NCBI GenBank assembly: GCA_048881705.1
Contig: JBHLSH010000043.1
Location: forward strand, 1-20,894
Direction: 5' to 3'
Length of the DNA: 20,894 bases
Source of the DNA: Candidatus Heimdallarchaeota archaeon
GTDB taxonomy: Archaea; Asgardarchaeota; Heimdallarchaeia; Hodarchaeales; Hodarchaeaceae
Shown: piece by piece, positions 8,008 to 15,278 of the stretch
Numbering within the stretch: the first letter of the stretch is position 1
Layout of the letters: the number at the start of each line of letters is the position of its first letter
The notes under the pieces: model-generated
The model's database searches: none
What the model was told of the DNA's origin: nothing
What the model saw: the letters and a program-made list of their open reading frames with translations, nothing else
Made by a program: the position numbers and the translations under genes

Positions 8008-8679
8008 CTATAATGACACGGCAACTAATTCCGTTTCTTTTGCGTCAATGGCAGAATTGATATATTGAACTTCCACGCTCTCAGGTGAATAGAAGGTTTG
8101 AATAACCAATTTCTCCGTTGAAATGGATAGATCTTCTATTTTTATGACTTTTTTCATACGTCTTTTTCTCCTTAACAGCCCTAACATTGCAGTTGGTACT
8201 TTATACCATTTGGTATAGAATCCTCGGAAAAATAAAACAATTTTCGGGGCCTGGATCGTATTATTAATGTTAACAGGATACCTTCGTGGATTTAAATCTA
8301 TCTGTATAGCCTTGGAAGCAAAGATTCCATTCTTTACTGTAATTTTTCCCCTAATTTGAACAGTTTCCCCTATGATGGCATTCGCAGTTACAAGATTACC
8401 TGTGAATGTAATATTACCTCCTGTAATCTTTCCAGCCACCTCACATTTACCCTTGATTGTTATATCGCTCACCGAAATCATATCCTTCCCGATTTTCACC
8501 GCAGAAGCAGATATTATGGCACCCCTTGTAGCCTCAAGAGACGACTTTACCTCTAAGTCCTTCTCGAAGTTGAATGAAAATCCCTTCAAACTGCCGTTTA
8601 CCGTGGTTTCACCTGAAAAAAAGAGATCATCCGCGAACTCCATGTCTTTATCAAATACGATAGCATCATACGTTTTCAT
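8008..8679 (-). CDS. Bactofilin-like (polymer-forming cytoskeletal / CcmA-like) beta-helix protein
   Basis: 17-aa periodic rungs ITIKGKCEVAGKITGGN / ITFTGNLVTANAIIGET / VQIRGKITVKNGIFASK with Gly at 97, 114 and 131 (track numbering). Start probably ATG 8679 (MKTYD). Confidence 0.65.
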   Translation of the reverse strand: MKTYDAIVFDKDMEFADDLFFSGETTVNGSLKGFSFNFEKDLEVKSSLEATRGAIISASAVKIGKDMISVSDITIKGKCEVAGKITGGNITFTGNLVTANAIIGETVQIRGKITVKNGIFASKAIQIDLNPRRYPVNINNTIQAPKIVLFFRGFYTKWYKVPTAMLGLLRRKRRMKKVIKIEDLSISTEKLVIQTFYSPESVEVQYINSAIDAKETELVAVSL

Positions 8680-8815
8680 AGTTATTCCAATCATCCGAGC
8701 TGAAGCAGGGAAAAAGTTCGTTCCATGGGATGATATCAAGTTTTTAAAACTTCACCAGGGGAGAGACTTTTTCAATCACTTTATCCATTCCAACTCCAAC
8801 TGACGAGGCATCCCT

Positions 8816-10042
8816 ATGTCGAACGCTGAAATACCAATCGAAATCCGTATGCGGATTGTCCGGGAAAAACATGCTCTATTACCAACTATCCTGAAGGAGA
8901 CCGCCATAGATTGTTGGCTGGTCTTTGTACGTGAAACCTCTGTCAACCCTGATCCTGTCATGGATCTTGTCGTGGGTAATGATGTGGTTTGGATATCTGC
9001 CTTCGTTTTTTATACCAAGGGCGATACCTTATCAAAAACAGCGATTGTTGGCAATTTTGACGCTCCTCATGAACGGCAAAAAGGTATCTGGGACAAAGTT
9101 ATCCCTTATAAAGAGGGTATTTCCGGCCCTCTTACTGAGCTTATTGCGGCAATCAGTCCCAAGAAAATCGCTCTCAATTATGCAGTTGATGAAATTTCAG
9201 CAGATGGATTATCCCACGGACTTTACCTAAAACTATCCGAGATCTTGGCAGAGAGAACCGATTGCTTTACTTCCGCAGAACCCATTATTCGGGCGATCCA
9301 AGGTCGAAAAACCCCAACTGAACTGAACCTTATCACCAGAGCTTGCGAAATCACCGAAGAAATCAATCGACAGGTCTCGTCTCAGCTGCGCGCCGGCATG
9401 TCAGAGATTGATATTCAGCAGTTGTTCCGTCAAGGAATGCAAAAATTTGGTGTCAAGGAAGCCTGGCAAAAAGAAAGCTGTCCAGCGATTGATGCTGGAC
9501 CCGATAAGGAATTTGGACATATCGGCCCTGTTGCGGATTCATATACCAAAGACGGACAAGCCTTACACAATGATTTTGGCGTGAAATACCAAGGATATTG
9601 CTCGGATATCCAGAGAATGTGGTTTTTTGGTCCTGAAGCTGAGATTCCTGAGGAATTACTGCATGCTTTTGAAACCGTGAGGCAAGCCATCGTTAAAGCC
9701 GCGGACACCATTAAACCGGGGGTAACGGGTTATGCCATCGATCAAATCGCTCGTGAATTTGTCAAGTCCCGAGGATATGAAGAATACGCACATGCGCTCG
9801 GACATCAGGTTGGACGACACGCCCATGATGGCGGACTGATTCTGGGTCCCCTATGGGAAAGATATGGAGATGTTCCGAAAGGTATGGTCGAGGAAGGAAA
9901 CGTGTTTACCCTCGAACTCAATGTGAAAACTGAACGTTATGGAACCGTTTCGTTGGAAGAGAATGTGGTGATCACAAAGGATGGGTGTCGGTTTCTCGTC
10001 CCCCCACAAAAAAAGATGATTACTGTAACCGAGTTCCATTAA
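8816..10042 (+). CDS. M24 family Xaa-Pro peptidase (aminopeptidase P / prolidase-like)
   Basis: Creatinase-like N-domain plus the metal ligands in HNDFGVKYQGYCSDIQR (D, D), HALGHQVG (H), FTLE (E) and SLEENVVIT (E). Confidence 0.95.
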   Translation: MSNAEIPIEIRMRIVREKHALLPTILKETAIDCWLVFVRETSVNPDPVMDLVVGNDVVWISAFVFYTKGDTLSKTAIVGNFDAPHERQKGIWDKVIPYKEGISGPLTELIAAISPKKIALNYAVDEISADGLSHGLYLKLSEILAERTDCFTSAEPIIRAIQGRKTPTELNLITRACEITEEINRQVSSQLRAGMSEIDIQQLFRQGMQKFGVKEAWQKESCPAIDAGPDKEFGHIGPVADSYTKDGQALHNDFGVKYQGYCSDIQRMWFFGPEAEIPEELLHAFETVRQAIVKAADTIKPGVTGYAIDQIAREFVKSRGYEEYAHALGHQVGRHAHDGGLILGPLWERYGDVPKGMVEEGNVFTLELNVKTERYGTVSLEENVVITKDGCRFLVPPQKKMITVTEFH

Positions 10043-10497
10043 CTGGCTGTATATGGTAATGTCCGCAACCTCATGTTAATAATGTGGGATGCCACTTCAG
10101 GCCTCCGGAAAGCGAAAAATTCACCTTCCTTGGGCTTCAGTGACCTTTGGCTCATGACAAGTATCGTCATTCTCATATTAGTTTGGTTCTACCATATTCT
10201 TGAAAGATAAAAAGCTTCCCACAGGAGATTAATCTTTCCTCTACTCGTTTTGATGACTTCCTTATATCGATATGGTCGACGAGAAATGTAGTACACAGAT
10301 ATTAAATGGAGCGGCTCTCCCCTCGCTCCTTCATATATCCTTCCGTGGCCCAGACTCCTCATCCAGTCTGATGAAAGTCCACATACGATGAATGGCGGGT
10401 TGTCAAAGGTATCGGCCGAGCTAAGAACACGCTTGACTCTGAAGGTCAGAAATAGATATAAGGAATGGCATGTTATTCAGTCCTACGAGGCTTGAAC

Positions 10498-10962
10498 ATG
10501 GAAAATACACGGGAACGCAGTGATTTTCAATATCTTTCAGACCATGAAGGTATCATTTTGGAACAGGCCGCGGAAACAATTCTCGGGGTTCCGATTGACC
10601 AATTGGGGAGCGAATTTCTTCCAGAAATTGATGATTACTTATACAATTCACCTGAATGGTTGAGAAACGAGTATAAATTAATTTTTAGAATTTTTAATAT
10701 GAAAATCATGGGACTCGTCTTCATTGGACGGCTGAAAAACTTTACAAACATGGAGATCGACCAAAAGACGAAGTATGTCATTAATTTTGCATGCAGTCGG
10801 CTTCCTATGATCAGATCTGCCTTTACTGGGTTAAAAAGTATTTGTGCCTGGGGATATTATTCGCATGAGAGTGCATTTGCGGATTTTCCAGGAAAAACTA
10901 TTGGACGCGAACACGAAACCCCCACCCTCCTCTATGGGAAAGAAGCGTGGAAGCCCAGGTAA
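10498..10962 (+). CDS. GMC oxidoreductase partner subunit (gluconate 2-dehydrogenase subunit 3-like; resembles the N-terminal domain of long-chain alcohol oxidases)
   Basis: Lies 28 nt upstream of the GMC gene. Helical protein with F.N(M/L)...K and RSAFTGLKSICAWGYYS, which fits this family. ATG 10498 preferred over 10465. Confidence 0.7.
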   Translation: MENTRERSDFQYLSDHEGIILEQAAETILGVPIDQLGSEFLPEIDDYLYNSPEWLRNEYKLIFRIFNMKIMGLVFIGRLKNFTNMEIDQKTKYVINFACSRLPMIRSAFTGLKSICAWGYYSHESAFADFPGKTIGREHETPTLLYGKEAWKPR

Positions 10963-10990
10963 CTGTTACAATTTAAAAGGAAATACCGAC

Positions 10991-12523
10991 ATGATTTATG
11001 ATCCTACCACCATTCAGAACGATGAATCGTCTCTAGAAGCTGATATATGCATCATTGGGTCTGGCGCAGGCGGAGCTATCTCTGCAGCCAAACTTGCCGA
11101 TAAGTACTCCATCATAATGCTCGAAAGAGGGCCCAATGTAACTCGAGAGGATTTTACCCAAAATGAGCGAGAGTCTCTAAGAAAATTATATCAAATTCAA
11201 GCGGGCCAGAGCACTGATGATGGCTCAGTCCGAATCTTTCAAGGGCGATGTCTGGGGGGCTCGACGACAGTCAATTGGATGACCTGTTTACGTACTCCCT
11301 TTTTTGTTCTAAATCAGTGGGCGGACGAATTTGGGTTGGAGGATTATACCCCTGAAAAGATGGACACCCATTTCAAGGCTGTAGAGAACCGATTGAGTGT
11401 CCATAAAATTCCCGATGACCACCACAACCCCCAAAACCGAATCATTCTAGATGGGACTAAAAAATTAGGCATAAAAGGCACTGGAACTTGGAATAATTCC
11501 ATTAATTGCATTGGTTGTGGATATTGCGGAGTAGGATGTCATTATGATGCCAAACAGGATATGCGTCTAACGTATTTAAAAGATGCCATGGCGACCAACA
11601 ATATTACAATCTATACGGGTACCAATGCCGAACAAATCGAATATGTTTCCAAGAACGAACAAGTAACTACTGGGATCACATTGGGTAAAGAATATGGCCA
11701 GCCCCAAAGTCGGATCTTGAAAATCAAATCCAAGCGGCTTATCATTGCGGGAAGTGCTATTTGGACCCCAATTGTCCTCCAAAAGTCCAATTTGACTAAA
11801 AATCAAAACCTGGGTAAATACCTAACGATTCATCCCGTAACGCTAGCATTGGGGTTATTTGACCGGATTATCGATCCATCGTATGGTATTCCTCAAACCA
11901 CTTACAGTAATGAGTACATTAATTCCGATGGAAACGGGTATGGTTTCTGGCTAGAAGTTCCACCCGTGCAACCTATCTTGGCGGGTATGTATTTTCCAGG
12001 ATTAGGTCCGAAACGACGTGAGTTAGTCAGCAAAATGCGAAACAAAGGAACTATTATCGTCCTGACACGGGACGGCGCCAATAAAAAATCGAATGGCGAA
12101 GTTCGGTGGAGGAAAAACCGGTTGTCGATTACGTACAAACTATGTAAGGAGGATAAGTCGCATTTACTTAAAGGCTTAGAAAATGCACTCGAGATTTTGT
12201 TCGCCGCGGGCGCCGTGGAAACATTTACTACTCATTCCCAATCCATTTCATTAAAATCACCTCAGGACATTGCCAAAATTCGGAATCTAAAATCTGGGCC
12301 TAACCAGATTTCCTTGTTTAGTGCGCACCCCTTAGGGACCGCGCGAATGGGCATGAGTCCCCAAACGAGCGTGGTGGACTCCACCCTACAAATGCATGAT
12401 TATCCTGGAGTGTATGTTACTGATGGCAGTGTATTGCCCACCGCCTTGGGCGTCAATCCCATGATCACCATTTTAGCTACCATCTCCCGCGCGTATGACA
12501 TTGATACCGATCTGGGAATGTGA
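10991..12523 (+). CDS. GMC family FAD oxidoreductase, long-chain fatty alcohol oxidase-like
   Basis: FAD motif ADICIIGSGAGG...LERG, GRCLGGSTTVNW, cysteine cluster NCIGCGYCGVGC, and C-terminal SAHPLGTARMG and DGSVLPTALGVNPMITI (His/Asn catalytic pair). ATG 10991 preferred because 10844 overlaps the upstream gene. Confidence 0.95.
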   Translation: MIYDPTTIQNDESSLEADICIIGSGAGGAISAAKLADKYSIIMLERGPNVTREDFTQNERESLRKLYQIQAGQSTDDGSVRIFQGRCLGGSTTVNWMTCLRTPFFVLNQWADEFGLEDYTPEKMDTHFKAVENRLSVHKIPDDHHNPQNRIILDGTKKLGIKGTGTWNNSINCIGCGYCGVGCHYDAKQDMRLTYLKDAMATNNITIYTGTNAEQIEYVSKNEQVTTGITLGKEYGQPQSRILKIKSKRLIIAGSAIWTPIVLQKSNLTKNQNLGKYLTIHPVTLALGLFDRIIDPSYGIPQTTYSNEYINSDGNGYGFWLEVPPVQPILAGMYFPGLGPKRRELVSKMRNKGTIIVLTRDGANKKSNGEVRWRKNRLSITYKLCKEDKSHLLKGLENALEILFAAGAVETFTTHSQSISLKSPQDIAKIRNLKSGPNQISLFSAHPLGTARMGMSPQTSVVDSTLQMHDYPGVYVTDGSVLPTALGVNPMITILATISRAYDIDTDLGM

Positions 12524-12713
12524 GTCTTTCCTGTTGTTTACAATGCCCCCTTCCCAGGTATATTTGTTTCGTTAACAAGTTTTCTCTCAAGCTTTTCTTT
12601 GAAAAAATGGCGGTCTTAGAGGCCTCACTATGAAAAAACGTCATTGAGACATGCTACGTCGCCGCGCGGGGTGATCCACTGCGGTTTTCCCCCCCCAGAG
12701 CATTTGATAACCA

Positions 12714-12776
12714 TTAAATATGAACGTCATCTGTACGAACATGAACCTAAGTTCATATGAACTTTCTCTAAAGTTT
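12714..12776 (+). promoter_or_regulatory. TATA box (TTAAATA) followed by an array of ATGAAC half-sites forming palindromes (putative operator)
   Basis: TTAAATA at 12714-12720; ATGAAC at 12720, 12741 and 12757; GTTCAT at 12751; near-match ACGAAC at 12735; perfect ATGAAC-CTAA-GTTCAT at 12741-12756; AACTTT-CTCT-AAAGTT at 12760-12775. Confidence 0.6.
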
Positions 12777-12799
12777 ACATTCTCATATGGTGAAAAATA

Positions 12800-14401
12800 G
12801 TGGCATCGTCTGTGTGGAAATCAATGACGTTTGAAGAGCGAATAGAAGTTGTTCGAGAACGCAGATCAAATGGCGAAACTTTTGCCATGATCGCGGAATC
12901 CTTGATTGGCAGTTCGAAAAACAAATCTACAATCTGGAGTTGGGCGCGGCGAAACATGGAGACCCACGACCTCTACCCAAAAATGGACAAGTTTCCAACC
13001 GAACCGTATTCGCGATTTACTGAGGTTGAACAATGGACTATATATGACATTATTACCGCACTGTTCCCACGCCTTGATGCCATAACTCAGCACTTGTTGA
13101 TCGAGATTGAACAGATTTCTAAGGAACAGAATCAGAAGTTTACTACAACGGCAGGATTCCTAGACCAGCTGGAGCAACGAGTGATCCAGGCGATCCAACA
13201 AAACATCATGGCCTCATCAGGAGTACAAATTCCTGCGAGTTCAATTCGGCCCACGCCCCCCATCCCTTCCCCGAGGCGAACTGTTCCTCCCCCCCCGCCT
13301 TCTACCTCTGCTTTACCATCAGCAATTCTACCTGATCACGAACTCCGCAATGATTTTGAGGAGATGACCCTGGAGGAAATCGCCGCTCTTCCACAGAGTT
13401 TTCTAGAGACATTAAATACTAGTGAACGGAATCGGCTCCAAGAACGGGTGAAAGAACTCAGAATGTTAAGTATAATGAGCTTGGAGGAGAGGACGGCATA
13501 TCTCCTAAAAAAACAGGAAGAACGGGAAAGAGTAGAGGCTACGGAGGGACTTGGGGCATCCTTATCAGAAATGTTAGCAGATTCGGGATCTCTCTTTGCG
13601 CGAATGCGTAGGGTTGCAGATGATTCGGGCGTCTCTGGGACAGGAACATTTGGAAAGTTCTTAACGGAGTTTAATTACTTCTATTGTTTCGCGTGTGGAA
13701 CCACCAATCGGGTAGAAGGCGATTCGGCCTCCACCTGCATATCCTGCCATTCTGGAGAAGAGTTACTGGTCAAAGACGAAGAAAAAAGTCAATTTAGATA
13801 CTGGGAGTGTTTATCAGAAAAAATTCTAGAACCTGTGGATTCCGAGTATACACGAGGCGCACCAATTTCGGTAAAGTCCAGATGGAAGACACTAATAGGA
13901 GAGACGGCGAAAACGGGGGCATGTAAAGACGGAGACGTCCGCGAAATTACTCCTTTTGTGCTAATCAAAGAAAACCCTGATCAACAATTCGCACATTATC
14001 TCACGTTGTTCCGCCTATATCTACAGCTTGGCCTGCCAAACGATCTCAAATCGGAACTTGAAACGCTATTGATCACAATTCAACAACTTCCTGATATTAC
14101 ATCGAAGGATCACACCTCTACCTTGGCAATCAAGATAATGACTATTCTCACAAACGTTTTGAATTGGTTACAATCAGAAAATATAATGAAATCCATCCCA
14201 GATAACCAGACCATCGGGATGCAGGTGAGAAATCTTCTTCAGGATATTGATATACTCCAAGATCCTGACTCCCCTCAAGAATTACCAAAAGCTAGTGAAA
14301 TAGGACAAATCACTGGGAAAGTTGATCAAATTCTCAATCGATTTACCCAAATTCTGGGTCAACTGGAAAGCATGTTGCTATTATCCCCACGTGTGTCCTA
14401 G
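12800..14401 (+). CDS. Uncharacterised multidomain protein: N-terminal HTH, proline-rich linker, charged helices, C4 zinc finger, helical C-terminus
   Basis: GTG start with GGTGA RBS at 12789-12793. HTH-like FEERIEVVRERRSNGETFAMIAESLIGSSKNKSTIWSWARR; RPTPPIPSPRRTVPPPPP; C296-x2-C299-x13-C313-x2-C316. Confidence 0.85.
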   Translation: MASSVWKSMTFEERIEVVRERRSNGETFAMIAESLIGSSKNKSTIWSWARRNMETHDLYPKMDKFPTEPYSRFTEVEQWTIYDIITALFPRLDAITQHLLIEIEQISKEQNQKFTTTAGFLDQLEQRVIQAIQQNIMASSGVQIPASSIRPTPPIPSPRRTVPPPPPSTSALPSAILPDHELRNDFEEMTLEEIAALPQSFLETLNTSERNRLQERVKELRMLSIMSLEERTAYLLKKQEERERVEATEGLGASLSEMLADSGSLFARMRRVADDSGVSGTGTFGKFLTEFNYFYCFACGTTNRVEGDSASTCISCHSGEELLVKDEEKSQFRYWECLSEKILEPVDSEYTRGAPISVKSRWKTLIGETAKTGACKDGDVREITPFVLIKENPDQQFAHYLTLFRLYLQLGLPNDLKSELETLLITIQQLPDITSKDHTSTLAIKIMTILTNVLNWLQSENIMKSIPDNQTIGMQVRNLLQDIDILQDPDSPQELPKASEIGQITGKVDQILNRFTQILGQLESMLLLSPRVS

Positions 14402-14625
14402 GCATAATCGTAAGCCCGTTTGCCTTTCAAATAAATTATCTCTCCCCTCTCTACTCCTGGCGGACGTTAGACCTCTCTCCAAGTGATGCCCGTTCAATAC
14501 CGTTGCAATGTTCTCCTATCAAAGGGTTTTTACATCCTGATTTCTCATTGAGGTAATCATCTGAGTTCTAGCCTTATCCCCTCTGCTGAGCTCAATAAGG
14601 ATAATTTTTTTCACAGTTGATTGAA

Positions 14626-15195
14626 ATGTCAAAACCCCAGTTACCTCTCATTTTTCAAACCGGTAGATTCGAATACATTTTACTTCCGTTACCCTTAATC
14701 CTGATACCCCTGATGGGAGTTTTTACCTATCTTAACTTCGCAAATGACCCCACGCTTCCCTCTCCCCTCATTCCCGCCTTGGCCGGAGCGATATTCATCG
14801 TTATTGGCTTGCTCATCAGTGGGTGGGTTTTCCTGAAGATGAAACAAAAACTGACCATTGATGAGCACCAGCTCGAAATAACGACTTTCATGGGGTCACC
14901 TCGAAACTTCACCTGGGATATCGTAACTTTTCTTGAAGTGGTTTTTACTGGAAAGATAATGGTGGTAGATAGTCTGGTAGATGCACTCATAGAGGCACTA
15001 CCTTCAGATCCTCTTGGTGGAGCAAAGATCAAACTTACTAGCGGCGCCCAAACAGACTCTATAAGCTTCATGCGAATCCATTTGAGGCAGGTCAAACAAC
15101 TCATAGATTCAGTGATTTCCATAACCAACATCGAACCTACCGAGAAACAAGCACGATTCAAAAAAACCACTTGGGCCTGGAACCTACAACCATAG
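14626..15195 (+). CDS. Membrane protein with a bacterial-type PH (bPH)-like domain
   Basis: Two TM helices (ILLPLPLILIPLMGVFTYL; LIPALAGAIFIVIGLLISGWVFL) followed by KLTIDEHQLEITTFMGSPRNFTWDIVTFLEV, the usual pattern of bPH-family membrane proteins. Confidence 0.65.
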   Translation: MSKPQLPLIFQTGRFEYILLPLPLILIPLMGVFTYLNFANDPTLPSPLIPALAGAIFIVIGLLISGWVFLKMKQKLTIDEHQLEITTFMGSPRNFTWDIVTFLEVVFTGKIMVVDSLVDALIEALPSDPLGGAKIKLTSGAQTDSISFMRIHLRQVKQLIDSVISITNIEPTEKQARFKKTTWAWNLQP

Positions 15196-15278
15196 TCTTA
15201 ACTTGGACGCGAGACGTCTAATCAGGGTCCGATCTTCGTCAAGTTTCGTTATGACATGGCTATTTAGGAGAATTCAGT

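Noticed and set aside
8372-8803. 143-aa plus-strand ORF, and similar shadow ORFs at 1660-1962, 4131-4415, 5338-5721, 8925-9230, 9430-9711, 14727-15170 and 16707-17066
   Set aside because: Each overlaps a well-supported gene, antisense or in another frame, and has no recognisable motif or RBS.
10368-10450. CTGATGA as a hammerhead core or C/D-box sRNA
   Set aside because: No stem II closing onto a GAAA, and no D'/C' boxes at archaeal guide spacing.
10844-10990. Possible programmed frameshift joining the small subunit to the GMC ORF through the overlapping open frame
   Set aside because: No slippery heptamer or stimulatory structure seen, the overlap translation (PPPSSMGKKRGSPG) is not family-like, and ATG 10991 gives a normal GMC N-terminus.
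12660-12700. GC-rich patch whose minus strand (GGGGAAAACCGCAGTGGATCACCCC) resembles the 16S rRNA 3' tail
   Set aside because: Only about 25 nt of gapped similarity, the anti-SD CCTCC is missing, and there is no flanking rRNA sequence.
12824-12955. HTH of the 533-aa protein as an IS transposase remnant
   Set aside because: No DDE or HUH catalytic domain, no terminal inverted repeats or target duplications, and the ORF is intact with its own RBS.
14572-14611. TTATCC...GGATAA hairpin followed by T7
   Set aside because: Weak stem with a large loop, 170 nt from the upstream stop and immediately before the next start; terminator status not supportable.
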